DNA from: a virus
Taxonomy: Duplodnaviria > Caudoviricetes
Virus record (IMG/VR): IMGVR_UViG_2889736374_000001
Span: 1 to 64,000 of that record
DNA length: 64,000 nucleotides
Strand: one strand, 5' to 3'
The notes under the pieces are model-generated. The model saw only the letters and a program-made list of their open reading frames with translations, searched no databases and was not told the origin of the DNA. This document shows, piece by piece, positions 46,308 through 55,492 of the stretch (positions are counted from its first letter, which is position 1; each line of letters starts with the position of its first letter). A program made the position numbers and the translations under genes.

Positions 46308-47070
46308 GATCGCCGCCATGACCGAATCCGCTCCCAAAGCCCCGAATTCGCTGCGCGCGATCCGCCGCGCGCGGGAGATCACGCTCGAGCAGCTGGGCGA
46401 GATGGTCGGCACCGACCCCTCGACCATCAACAAGCTGGAGCGGGGCCGGATGCGGCTGAACGAACGGTGGCTCCTGCCGCTGGCAAAAGCGCTGGGCGTC
46501 AGCGTCGACGACATCCTGGCATCCCCGGAAGACATGCCGGGGATCGTTCCGCACGACATGCACGATGCGCATCGCGAGCGCGAAATAGCCCGGCAGCCGG
46601 GCATCGGCAGCGATTCGTTCCGCCCGGCCGCGGTGCCGGTGCCTGCCCCGCAGGACATGCCCAACGACGTGCCCGTGCTGGGCACGGCCGCTGGCTCGCA
46701 TCTGCGCGGCGCCTTTCAGATGGACGAGGCGAACATCGTCGACTGGGTGCGCCGCCCGCCCGCGCTGACGGGCGCGAAGAAGGCCTATGCGCTTTACGTG
46801 GAAGGGTCATCCATGGCGCCGGAACACAATGCCGGCGATCTTCGCTTCGTGCATCCCGGCCGCCCGCCGCGAATCGGCGACACGGTCATCGTCCAGGTGC
46901 GCGTCGGCGCCAATGAGCCGATCGAGGCCTCGATCGGCCACTATCTGAAGAAGACGCCGACCATGATCGTCATCGGCAAGCTGAACCCGGAAGCCCAGGT
47001 GCAGCTGAAGCTCGACACGGTGATCGACATCCACAAGGTGCTGACCATGAACGAGTTGTTCGGGGTTTAA
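46306..47070 (+). CDS. CI-like repressor (XRE HTH plus S24 domain)
   Basis: HTH TLEQLGEMVGTDPSTINKLERG; GTAAG; VEGSSMAP; start may be 46318. Confidence 0.9.
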   Translation: MIAAMTESAPKAPNSLRAIRRAREITLEQLGEMVGTDPSTINKLERGRMRLNERWLLPLAKALGVSVDDILASPEDMPGIVPHDMHDAHREREIARQPGIGSDSFRPAAVPVPAPQDMPNDVPVLGTAAGSHLRGAFQMDEANIVDWVRRPPALTGAKKAYALYVEGSSMAPEHNAGDLRFVHPGRPPRIGDTVIVQVRVGANEPIEASIGHYLKKTPTMIVIGKLNPEAQVQLKLDTVIDIHKVLTMNELFGV

Positions 47071-47717
47071 ACTATCATTCTATAAATTAGTTTGACGACA
47101 TACCAAGTAACGCCAGCTAACGTAGCTGCGGCTGGTATTGCCAGAATGAAAAAGCCGACGTCATACAAAATGCGGATAGCTCGCCGCCAAGCGGGCGATT
47201 GCATGTTGCGCACATGCCAATACAAGGTCAGTTGCTCGATTTCAGATACCGACCTTATCCGATTCGCACCTTGGAGGACGTGATCCTTCTTCAGGCCGCC
47301 GGGCAACGGTTCATATATTTCTTCAAACGTCTCTATCAAATAGGTCTTATGAGAGGAGATTGTAAAGAACGTCTGTTCATGGGCGACAAAATCCACCGCT
47401 GAGCGGTACCTCTTTGGGACGTAGGGGCAAAACATCCCGAATAAAATGGTAGCAAAACCCACCAAGAAGCTTCCATAGAAAAGCAGCAATAGCCGCCAAG
47501 GCACGTCAGTTATGATCAGCTGGAAATCTTCGCTGATTTGCCCCGCAAGCTCGACGAATTGTTCATTGAGGAGGAGAAGATAACCTGCGACCGGCATCAG
47601 AACTGAGACGCGAACCGCAGGCGAAGTTCCCAGCGCGCTCAGGTTATGCCAGCGAGAGCCAAACTCGTAGCGGTCGGCGAGCCTAGCCCAAAGGGCCGAG
47701 AGATTGACGTCCATCAT
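47067..47717 (-). CDS. Low-GC membrane protein (candidate exclusion/defence)
   Basis: About three TM segments, AT-rich codons, in the immunity region. Confidence 0.65.
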   Translation of the reverse strand: MMDVNLSALWARLADRYEFGSRWHNLSALGTSPAVRVSVLMPVAGYLLLLNEQFVELAGQISEDFQLIITDVPWRLLLLFYGSFLVGFATILFGMFCPYVPKRYRSAVDFVAHEQTFFTISSHKTYLIETFEEIYEPLPGGLKKDHVLQGANRIRSVSEIEQLTLYWHVRNMQSPAWRRAIRILYDVGFFILAIPAAATLAGVTWYVVKLIYRMIV

Positions 47718-48058
47718 CGCCAGCACTCCTCTTCCGCCGCATCGTCATCCATCCGGGACGCCGTGCGGATGACGCCCATCTCGTCGAACAGCTCGAGATC
47801 CGCGCCGGCGATGCGATAGCCGTCGCCGCCCGCCTCGACAAAGACCCCCTCGCCTTGGTCTCGCAGATCGACTTCGCGCGCGCTGCCGCGAAACAGATCA
47901 ACCAGCACCGGACCGCTTTCGCGGATCTCGATACGCATCACGCTGTCGAGCGACGCCATGGCCTCGAGCGGCCGGTCGCACCACTGGCCGACAAGCGCGC
48001 CGCCCTGGGCAGATGACGCGGCAACCGACAGGGCCAGCACCAGCACCAATCGTCTCAT
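47714..48058 (-). CDS. Secreted/periplasmic hypothetical protein
   Basis: Signal peptide MRRLVLVLALSVAASSAQG; RBS GGAGG. Confidence 0.65.
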   Translation of the reverse strand: MRRLVLVLALSVAASSAQGGALVGQWCDRPLEAMASLDSVMRIEIRESGPVLVDLFRGSAREVDLRDQGEGVFVEAGGDGYRIAGADLELFDEMGVIRTASRMDDDAAEEECWR

Positions 48059-48090
48059 TCCAACCTCCACACAGGGGCCGCGCCACATCA

Positions 48091-48145
48091 ATGGCGTGAA
48101 TGGCCATTTTATGGCTTGACATGATTTGGCCTATTACGCCATTTT
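48091..48145 (+). promoter_or_regulatory. Two 17-bp operators and the rightward early promoter
   Basis: Operators at 48091-48107 and 48126-48142; TTGACA at 48116-48121. Confidence 0.8.
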
Positions 48146-48173
48146 GTGGCCGATCGCAACGGAGGCCATTTCC

Positions 48174-48437
48174 ATGATCGCTTTTCGACCCACCCCGCCG
48201 CAAGCCCCTGATCGCAGCCTTGCCGGTTTTTCGACCGCCCTTGCCGCAGCCGGCGGCGCGTGCGTGACGACGAGGATGGCCGAGACGATGCGCGAACTGG
48301 CCTTTGCCGGGCGCAATGTGGAGCGCGGCGCGCTTTTCCTCGAAGGCTATTCGCTGGCCGAGATCGACGCGCACTGGGAAGCCGCGGCCAGCCTCGCCCG
48401 CCAGCGCTCGGTGCGTCATGTCGGCGGAGCGAGCTGA
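48174..48437 (+). CDS. Hypothetical early protein
   Basis: RBS GGAGG; first gene after the promoter. Confidence 0.65.
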   Translation: MIAFRPTPPQAPDRSLAGFSTALAAAGGACVTTRMAETMRELAFAGRNVERGALFLEGYSLAEIDAHWEAAASLARQRSVRHVGGAS

Positions 48438-48625
48438 TGTCGGACTTCCCCTCCTCGCTGCAAATCATCGAGATGAACCGCCAGGCGGCGGCCGAGGCCT
48501 TTTCGGGCTACGCGCCGCGCATGATGCTCGCGGTGGCTGCATGCCTCGCCGTCGCCACCGCCGGCGTGCTTCTGGTCATCCGGCTGCACGAGCTCGACCT
48601 TCAGCTCGCCGCGAGGCTCGTCTGA
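48437..48625 (+). CDS. Small membrane protein
   Basis: TGATG coupling; one TM segment. Confidence 0.55.
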   Translation: MSDFPSSLQIIEMNRQAAAEAFSGYAPRMMLAVAACLAVATAGVLLVIRLHELDLQLAARLV

Positions 48626-49299
48626 TGGCACTTCATTCCGGCACGCTCGTTCCGCCCGCCCCGCGCAAGAAGGCTGCGGCAGAAGCCGTTCCCTCCTTCC
48701 GCCCCGACGGCTCGGTGCTCGACCTGGCGAAGCTGCGGCTCGACGACATCGTCTGGCCGGAAATCGCGGCTGGCCTTTCCAAGATAGCGCGGTTCAATGC
48801 GCGCCCGTCAGGCCCCGCCTTTTCGGTCAGCCAGCACTGCGTGATGGGCGCCGACGCAGTGTTTTCCGAGACCGGCGACCCGGTGGCGGCCGGCTATTTC
48901 CTGCTGCACGACGCGCATGAAGCGCTTTTGGGCGACGTGCCCCGGCCCACGGCCGATCTGATCGGCCGGCTGCTCGGCGCACGTGGCAGGCAGCGTCTGG
49001 CCAGCGCGATCCACACCGCGAAGCTGGCCATCGACCGCGTGATCTACACGCGCGCCGGCCTAGCCCCGCCCGACCGGGTGCCCGGCTACCAGGCGATCGT
49101 ACGCAACATGGACGAGCGCATGCTGCGCGCCGAGGCACTGGCCCTGTTCGGCCCCAGAGCCGGCGAACATGTCGGCGCGGGCGACCTGCCGCCGCCGAAA
49201 CTCACCGGCGCGATCCGCGCCTGGGGCGCGATGCGGGCCGAGGAAGCCTGGCTGACGCGCCTCGACCGCTATCTCGGCATCGCGGAGCGGCTGTCGTGA
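48625..49299 (+). CDS. HD-domain hydrolase (YfdR/YfbR-like)
   Basis: SVSQH...LLHDAHEALLGD. Confidence 0.8.
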   Translation: MALHSGTLVPPAPRKKAAAEAVPSFRPDGSVLDLAKLRLDDIVWPEIAAGLSKIARFNARPSGPAFSVSQHCVMGADAVFSETGDPVAAGYFLLHDAHEALLGDVPRPTADLIGRLLGARGRQRLASAIHTAKLAIDRVIYTRAGLAPPDRVPGYQAIVRNMDERMLRAEALALFGPRAGEHVGAGDLPPPKLTGAIRAWGAMRAEEAWLTRLDRYLGIAERLS

Positions 49300-49553
49300 A
49301 GACCGAAGAACTCTCGGCATCGGCCACAGAGATTGTGCGGCAGACGCAGCTTCAGGGCTATCGCGCGCTGCTGGCGCGGCTTCAGGCGGGCGATCCGGTC
49401 CGCATCGTCATCGGCGCCGACCTCAACAGCGCGATGGAATGCATCCCGCACGCAAACTGGCTGGCCGGCTGCCGCGCCCAGCTGATCGCCGAGGCCGAAA
49501 GGCAGATCGCCGAACTCGAGCAGGCGGCAACCCCAGCAGGAGACCCATCATGA
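49296..49553 (+). CDS. Hypothetical protein
   Basis: GTGA-coupled ORF. Confidence 0.55.
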   Translation: MKTEELSASATEIVRQTQLQGYRALLARLQAGDPVRIVIGADLNSAMECIPHANWLAGCRAQLIAEAERQIAELEQAATPAGDPS

Positions 49554-49714
49554 AACAGGGCAAGGGCCTCGTGGCCTTCCGCATCCATTTCGCCGACGGC
49601 ACGACGGTGAACGTCACCGCCCCCAATGCCGCCATCGCCCGCGGCGACGCCAAGCGGGATCACCCCGGCGTGGCCATCACCAAGGTCAAGGTTCTGAAGG
49701 GGGAAGAAGTCTGA
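49550..49714 (+). CDS. Small hypothetical protein
   Basis: RBS AGGAG; ATGA overlap. Confidence 0.55.
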   Translation: MKQGKGLVAFRIHFADGTTVNVTAPNAAIARGDAKRDHPGVAITKVKVLKGEEV

Positions 49715-50001
49715 TGTTCAGCAATCGCATGCCCATCATATCCGCCGCCGCGATGGCCGCGCTGGCCGGTTTCGCCGGCAGCGCGCGTGCAGCCAGCGTC
49801 GCCGTCGAGGAATTCGGCTCGGCATTGCCGAGGAAAGCCAAGCCGAAAAAACGCCGGCCACGAAGAACCGCCACGGCATCCGCAACTAGAAACCGCATGC
49901 CCCATCAGGGCGAGCGCGAGAAGGCGCGGCGACGGCGCCAACTGGCGGCGGGTCAGATCCATTTCATCAGCCATGGCCCGGCTGCGCGAGGACAGGCCTG
50001 A
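49714..50001 (+). CDS. Basic hypothetical protein
   Basis: TGATG-coupled; [11 protein letters not shown] motif. Confidence 0.55.
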   Translation: MFSNRMPIISAAAMAALAGFAGSARAASVAVEEFGSALPRKAKPKKRRPRRTATASATRNRMPHQGEREKARRRRQLAAGQIHFISHGPAARGQA

Positions 50002-50492
50002 TGGCCGGCTCCGTCAACAAGGCGATCCTCGTCGGCAATCTGGGTGGCGATCCCGAGATCCGCCGCACGCCCAACGGCGACCCGGTGGCCACCTTCTCGC
50101 TCGCCACGTCCGAGACGTGGCGTGACAAGCAGACCGGCGAGCGGCGCGAGCGCACCGAGTGGCATCGCGTCGTGATCTTCAACGAAAACCTCGCCAAGGT
50201 CGCCGAGCAATTCCTCAAGAAGGGGATGAAGGTCTACCTCGAAGGCCAGATCGCCACGCGCGGCTGGGAAGACCAGTCCGGGCAGAAGCGCACCACGACG
50301 GAGATCGTGCTGCAGAAGTTCCGCGGCCAGCTGGAAATGCTCGGCTCGCCCGGCGGCGGGCGCGGCAATCCCGACCCCGACGATTACGGCCAGACGCGCA
50401 CGCGCGATCCCGGCCAGGCCGACCCGCCACCCGGCGCCACGGGCGGCCGCGATCTCGACGACGAAATCCCCTTTGCACCCGAATGGAGGTGA
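50001..50492 (+). CDS. ssb: Single-stranded DNA-binding protein
   Basis: [15 protein letters not shown]...TEWHRV...DLDDEIPF. Confidence 0.97.
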   Translation: MAGSVNKAILVGNLGGDPEIRRTPNGDPVATFSLATSETWRDKQTGERRERTEWHRVVIFNENLAKVAEQFLKKGMKVYLEGQIATRGWEDQSGQKRTTTEIVLQKFRGQLEMLGSPGGGRGNPDPDDYGQTRTRDPGQADPPPGATGGRDLDDEIPFAPEWR

Positions 50493-50494
50493 GC

Positions 50495-50833
50495 ATGAAA
50501 CGCATCAGAGATTCCCAGACCATCATCGGTGCGCTCGAGGGCGGCGAGGCCGCGGCCGAGCTGAGCCGAGAAATCACCGAGACGCTGGCCAAGCTCAAGG
50601 AGCTTTCCGGCGACCGGCCGAAGAGCAAGGTCAAGGGCTCGGTCACGCTCAAGCTCGAGATCGAGGTCGAGAACGGCACCGCCGTGATTACGGCCGACAT
50701 TGCGTCCAAGCGGCCCAAGCCGATGCGCGGCTCTTCCTTCTACTGGGTTCTCGACGACGGCTCGCTGTCGACCGAGCACCCGCAGCAGACCGACATGTTC
50801 GCCGGGCCCCGCGAGGCCCGCCAGACTTCCTGA
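50495..50833 (+). CDS. Hypothetical protein typically upstream of DUF2303 (YfdP-like)
   Basis: KGSVTLKL...DGSLSTEHPQQ; synteny. Confidence 0.6.
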   Translation: MKRIRDSQTIIGALEGGEAAAELSREITETLAKLKELSGDRPKSKVKGSVTLKLEIEVENGTAVITADIASKRPKPMRGSSFYWVLDDGSLSTEHPQQTDMFAGPREARQTS

Positions 50834-50860
50834 CCACCCCCGAACCGATAGGAGGCCAGC

Positions 50861-51826
50861 ATGGCCGCGAAAACCGACGCCACGGCAGGCGAGAAACTGC
50901 CGGAACTTTCCACCTTTCCCCTCGACCTCGAAACGGCCGCGACACTTGGCGCCGAGGCCAAGGGCGTCGAACTCGCCACGATCGTCACGGACGGGCTGAC
51001 CGGCCTGCCGGTATCGGTCCCGATCGCGCTGAAACGCGGCGAGCACCCCGCCGTCGAATCGGTGCAGCGCCATTTGGAGGAATACCGCCTCTTCCCGAAG
51101 CGCAAGGCCGGCACGGCGCAGGCCCAGACCTTCGACGCGTTCTGCGCCCTGGTGAACCGTCACAGGACGGAACATTCCGCCATCTTCGCCGATGCGGCCT
51201 GGCAGAAACCGTCCCTCACCGCCGTGATCGACTATCACCACGCGGAAGAGAATGGCGGCCAGGCGGATTTCTGCCAACACCGCATCCGTTACGATTTCCC
51301 GCTGTCGGAGGAATGGCAGGCATGGATCGGCCAGAACGGCCAGGCCATGTCGCAGCAGGACTTTGCCTGGTTCCTCGAAGACCGGGTGGCCGAGCTTTCG
51401 GCGCCGACGGATGTGGAGAAGACGCAGCTCGAGCATCAGTTCCAGACGACAGTCGCCACGCCTGCCCAGGTTGTGGAGCTGTCGCGCGGGCTGACGGTGG
51501 CCGTCGCGTCGAGCGTGAAGGCCCACACCACGCTGCAGACCGGCGAAGGCTCCATCCAGTTCGACGAAACCCACAATGACGGGGCGGGCCAGAAGCTGAA
51601 GGTGCCCGGCATCTTCATCCTCGACATCGCGCCCTTCTTCATGGGCGACAAGATCCGCGTGCCGGTGCGCCTGCGCTACCGGGTGCGCGAGGGCAAGGTG
51701 ATGTGGTTCTATCAGATCTACCGGCCCGACCTCGCCATCACGGAGCATGTCCGCCACACGCTTTTCGATGCTCGCGAAAACACCGGCCTGCCCACCTATG
51801 AGGGCAAGCCGGAAGGCGAACGCTGA
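50861..51826 (+). CDS. DUF2303 (YfdQ) family protein
   Basis: AVIDYH, MSQQDFAWFLED, RLRYR motifs. Confidence 0.8.
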   Translation: MAAKTDATAGEKLPELSTFPLDLETAATLGAEAKGVELATIVTDGLTGLPVSVPIALKRGEHPAVESVQRHLEEYRLFPKRKAGTAQAQTFDAFCALVNRHRTEHSAIFADAAWQKPSLTAVIDYHHAEENGGQADFCQHRIRYDFPLSEEWQAWIGQNGQAMSQQDFAWFLEDRVAELSAPTDVEKTQLEHQFQTTVATPAQVVELSRGLTVAVASSVKAHTTLQTGEGSIQFDETHNDGAGQKLKVPGIFILDIAPFFMGDKIRVPVRLRYRVREGKVMWFYQIYRPDLAITEHVRHTLFDARENTGLPTYEGKPEGER

Positions 51827-52956
51827 TGGCCGCCCAGGCGCAGTTCACGATAGACCGGGGCGATCTCGCCCCGGTGCTCGACCGGGCGCACCGCATCGTC
51901 GAGCGGCGCAACACGATTCCGATCCTGTCGAACTTGCGCCTGGTGGCCGAGGGCGACCGGCTGGTGGTGACCGCCACCGATCTCGACATCGAGATGCAGG
52001 CGGATGCCCCGCTGGCGGCCACCGGCGCCGATCTGGCGGTGACCCTGCCGGCCACCCTCCTGCGCGACTTCGTGAAGAAGCTGCCGGAAAAGGCCGAGAT
52101 CGCCTTCAAGCTGGAAGGCGGCCAGGTCAAGGTCTCGGCCGGGCGCACCCGCGCCACGCTGCACTGCCTGCCGCCCGAGGATTTCCCCGAGATGCAGGCG
52201 GACGGCTTCTCGCACCGCTTCGCGGTCGCCGCGCGCGATTTCGCCCCGCTTCTGGAAACCTGCCAGTTCGCGATGTCGAACGAGGAGACGCGCTACTATC
52301 TGAACGGCATCTATCTGCATGTCGTGGAGGATGTGGCGTCGACCCGGCTGCGCTCCGTGGCAACCGACGGCCACCGCCTGGCCCGGCGCGAGATGGCGGC
52401 GCCCGACGGCGCGGCGGGCATGCCGGGCATCATCCTGCCGCGCAAGACCGTGGCCGAGGCGATCGCGCTTCTGGCCGGCGCCGACGAGGCGACGGTCGAG
52501 ATCGAGATTTCCGACGCCAAGATCCGCCTCACCATCGGCAAGGTGACGCTGACCTCGAAGCTGATCGACGGCACCTTTCCGGATTATGCCCGCGTCATCC
52601 CGACCGGCAACGCCAACAGCTTCACGCTGGCGCGCGAGACCTTCGTGGCCGCGCTCGACCGGGTGACCACGATCACGGCCGACCGGGCCCGTGCGGTGCG
52701 CATCGCCTTCGCGGAGACAGAAGCCGCGCTCGAATGCGTCAACCCCGATTCGGGCGACGCCCGCGACGAGGTGTCGGTGAAGGCCGCGACGGGCGAGCCC
52801 GTGACCATCGGCTTCAACGGCCGCTACGCGCTCGAGGTGGCCGGCCGGGTCGCCGGCCCCGAGATCGTCTTCGAACTGGCAGACGGCGGCGCGGCGGCAC
52901 TCGTGCGGGGTGCCGATCCCGACCCGCTCTTCGTCATCATGCCGATGAGGATCTGA
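51826..52956 (+). CDS. dnaN: DNA polymerase III beta sliding clamp (prophage copy)
   Basis: RNTIPILSN, ATDLD, ETRYYLNG, ATDGHRL, SKLIDGTFPDY, VIMPMR. Confidence 0.97.
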   Translation: MAAQAQFTIDRGDLAPVLDRAHRIVERRNTIPILSNLRLVAEGDRLVVTATDLDIEMQADAPLAATGADLAVTLPATLLRDFVKKLPEKAEIAFKLEGGQVKVSAGRTRATLHCLPPEDFPEMQADGFSHRFAVAARDFAPLLETCQFAMSNEETRYYLNGIYLHVVEDVASTRLRSVATDGHRLARREMAAPDGAAGMPGIILPRKTVAEAIALLAGADEATVEIEISDAKIRLTIGKVTLTSKLIDGTFPDYARVIPTGNANSFTLARETFVAALDRVTTITADRARAVRIAFAETEAALECVNPDSGDARDEVSVKAATGEPVTIGFNGRYALEVAGRVAGPEIVFELADGGAAALVRGADPDPLFVIMPMRI

Positions 52957-52958
52957 CG

Positions 52959-53105
52959 ATGGAACTCCTCCTGTTCATCGGCGCCGCCTCCCTTGCCGGC
53001 GGCATCCTCGCCTTCCTGCTGCTGAGGCGCTCGAAGCATACGCGCCGCCGCAAACCGCGCGGGCGGCACGACTTCCTCGAAAACCCGAACGAATGGGGCT
53101 GGTGA
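52959..53105 (+). CDS. Small membrane protein
   Basis: N-terminal TM and basic tail. Confidence 0.5.
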   Translation: MELLLFIGAASLAGGILAFLLLRRSKHTRRRKPRGRHDFLENPNEWGW

Positions 53106-53443
53106 TGGTCCGCATAACCTTCGAACTGCTGCCCGGCGGCGATGAGACCAAGGCCCGCACGATCGGCCTCATGGAGATCGCCAACGTCGCGACATATCTG
53201 GACGGCACTGCCGACTATGCCGTCGCCCTCAAGAAGACGCCACCGTTCCGTGGCGCGCTTCGCGAAGCATGGCGCAAGGGGAAGCTCACCAGCGATGACC
53301 GGCGCATCAATGGGGCCATAGCGGGAAGTGACGAGGAAGGTGTAACCGCGCTCGTCCAAGGCCATCATCGTACACAGCGTGGCGTCTACGATCTTCTTTT
53401 CCGTGCGCTCAAGGCCTGCGGCCTGGAGGCGCGCAATGGTTGA
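53105..53443 (+). CDS. Hypothetical phage protein
   Basis: TGATG-coupled ORF. Confidence 0.6.
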   Translation: MVRITFELLPGGDETKARTIGLMEIANVATYLDGTADYAVALKKTPPFRGALREAWRKGKLTSDDRRINGAIAGSDEEGVTALVQGHHRTQRGVYDLLFRALKACGLEARNG

Positions 53444-53741
53444 TCCAAAGACCACTTATCCCGGCATCGCCCGCGCCGCGCTTTTGATCGCCCTCGACAA
53501 CGGAGGCATCAACCGCTTCCGCTCGCAGCAGCAGCAGGAACGCGAGATGGCGCGTTGGCTCGCAACGCAGCCGGAACATGAGATCAAGCCGGTCGATGCG
53601 TGGCTCGCAACGCTGTCCGACGAGCAGATGGAACAGGTCTGTTGTGGCGGCGAAGGTGAGCCCGAGCAGGCGGCCGCCATGGCGGATGCCCCGCCGTTCA
53701 CCAACGAGATCCTGAATAGCTATTTCGAAGAGGTGTGCTGA
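53436..53741 (+). CDS. Hypothetical phage protein
   Basis: RBS GGAGG; overlaps the upstream gene. Confidence 0.6.
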   Translation: MVDPKTTYPGIARAALLIALDNGGINRFRSQQQQEREMARWLATQPEHEIKPVDAWLATLSDEQMEQVCCGGEGEPEQAAAMADAPPFTNEILNSYFEEVC

Positions 53742-54010
53742 TGGCCGATCTGCGCTTCAAGCCGCTTGAGTGGAAAACCAGCGACGACCTTTGTGCCCAT
53801 ATCGCAGACACCCCCTTTGGCCGGCTTTCCATTATCGAAATGGGCGACGGAGACGGCTACTGCGAACCGTTCTGGTCCGCGGCCTACCGCCGGACGCCAT
53901 CCGTGGAGACGTGCAAAGCGACAGTCGAGGCTGAATACCGGAGGCTTGTCGAAGCCAACTTCGCTACTTCGGAGGACCAACAGCGGGAAATGACGGAGCG
54001 GCGGCCATGA
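53741..54010 (+). CDS. Hypothetical phage protein
   Basis: TGATG-coupled; KPLEW motif. Confidence 0.55.
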   Translation: MADLRFKPLEWKTSDDLCAHIADTPFGRLSIIEMGDGDGYCEPFWSAAYRRTPSVETCKATVEAEYRRLVEANFATSEDQQREMTERRP

Positions 54011-54468
54011 AGGCGCTCACCATCTGGCAGCCATGGGCCTCGCTGATCATGGCCGGCGCGAAGCCATATGAATTCCGAGGCTGGCCGGCGCCGCGATCGC
54101 TTCGGGGCAAGCGGATCGCCATCCACGCGGGCGCGCGGCCTGTCCGCAAGGCCGAGATCGCCGACCTGATCATCAGCCTTCGATCGGAGGACGCGTGGAC
54201 GACCGGGCTCATGCCGGAGATCGCAATGCCCCTGCTGGAGGGCGCCTACAGCTCACCCGGCATCCTGCCGCTGTCCTCGATACTCGGCACCGCCATCCTG
54301 GGAGAGCCCCGGCCGGCCTTTGAGATCGTCGAGGAATTCGGCGCAAGGCTCAACGACAGCGATCGCCACCAGCACAGCAACTGGGCTTGGCCGCTGACGG
54401 AGATCGAAACGCTCGAACCCTACCAGCCCGCCAAAGGGGCTCAGGGTTTTTGGGAGTGGCGCCCGTGA
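54007..54468 (+). CDS. ASCH domain protein
   Basis: MKALTIWQPWASLI..GAK..EFR.W...IAIHAG...GAQGFW. Confidence 0.9.
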   Translation: MKALTIWQPWASLIMAGAKPYEFRGWPAPRSLRGKRIAIHAGARPVRKAEIADLIISLRSEDAWTTGLMPEIAMPLLEGAYSSPGILPLSSILGTAILGEPRPAFEIVEEFGARLNDSDRHQHSNWAWPLTEIETLEPYQPAKGAQGFWEWRP

Positions 54469-54893
54469 AACCCCGCATGACGACCGGGCTCCTGACCGAG
54501 CGCGACACGCCCGATTGTCCGCATTGCGGCGCCTATATGGACGAGGCGTCCGTGTCGCTCGGCGATCTTCTGGCCCACTGGCCGATCCCGCGCTTCGTGA
54601 TGACCGGCTCGGACGGCTTCAACCATGACTGCCATCGCTATCTGACCGTCGACTGCCCGTCCTGCGGCAAGCCCTCGGTGCTCGCGATCGATCCGTTGCA
54701 GCCCGCCATCACCGCCAAGCTCGTCGCCGCCAGGACAGCCAAGGACGTGGCCTATGTGGTCGACCAGGCCAATGCGGCAAAGCCACGCAAAAGTCTTGCG
54801 ACCCGCATTGCCGAAAGCCGGATTTCCGCTTCAACAGGCGTCCAAACAACCCACCGAGCCGCCCCACGCGGGAAGGGAAACGACGATGCATGA
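54465..54893 (+). CDS. Zinc-ribbon hypothetical protein
   Basis: CPHCG...CPSCG. Confidence 0.55.
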   Translation: MKPRMTTGLLTERDTPDCPHCGAYMDEASVSLGDLLAHWPIPRFVMTGSDGFNHDCHRYLTVDCPSCGKPSVLAIDPLQPAITAKLVAARTAKDVAYVVDQANAAKPRKSLATRIAESRISASTGVQTTHRAAPRGKGNDDA

Positions 54894-55176
54894 CGATCCC
54901 ACCCTCGCCCGGCTTCTCTTGGCAGCGAAGGACGTCGTCGACGCGATCTCTTTCGACGTTAACGGAATCGCTTTGCCGACAGGCTTCCAGGGCGGCAATG
55001 GCGGCCTCGTCTCACAGGAGACCATCCGCAAGTCGGACGAGCTGCGCCGCGCCATCGCCGGCATGACGTCTGCCCTCCAGGCATCGGCGGGAGCATCGGC
55101 CGACGTCGACCACCCGCTCCGGAGCGAGGCCGGGCGCGACAGCGCGACCACGGAAGCTGTGGACAAGGGGGATTGA
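54886..55176 (+). CDS. Hypothetical protein
   Basis: Overlapping ORF before xis. Confidence 0.5.
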   Translation: MHDDPTLARLLLAAKDVVDAISFDVNGIALPTGFQGGNGGLVSQETIRKSDELRRAIAGMTSALQASAGASADVDHPLRSEAGRDSATTEAVDKGD

Positions 55177-55180
55177 CGCC

Positions 55181-55492
55181 ATGCCGCTCTTGACGCCGGA
55201 TCAGGCAGCCTCCGAACTCGGCATCTCGGATACCCAGCTGCGGCGCCTGACCGAGGCCGGCGCCATCCGCTACGTCAATATCGGCCTGGGCACGAAGCGC
55301 GAGACACGGCGCTACGATCCCGAAGACCTCGCAGCTTTCAGGGAGGCCCGCAAATGTCGGTCTACAAGCGCCCCGGCCAGACGGTCTACACGTTCGACTT
55401 CCGTTATCGACGCCAGCGATTTTCAGGCTCGACTGGATGCACGACGCGCCGCGATGCGGAACGGTTCGAAGACGAGGAGAAGCGGCGCGTAA
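55181..55492 (+). CDS. Excisionase-like HTH protein
   Basis: LLTPDQAASELGIS...RRYDPEDL; overlaps the int start by 139 bp. Confidence 0.85.
   Translation: MPLLTPDQAASELGISDTQLRRLTEAGAIRYVNIGLGTKRETRRYDPEDLAAFREARKCRSTSAPARRSTRSTSVIDASDFQARLDARRAAMRNGSKTRRSGA

Noticed and set aside
48625-49299. Z-genome (DatZ/PurZ) or other base-modification pathway
   Set aside because: Only an HD hydrolase is present; no PurZ, MazZ or dedicated polymerase
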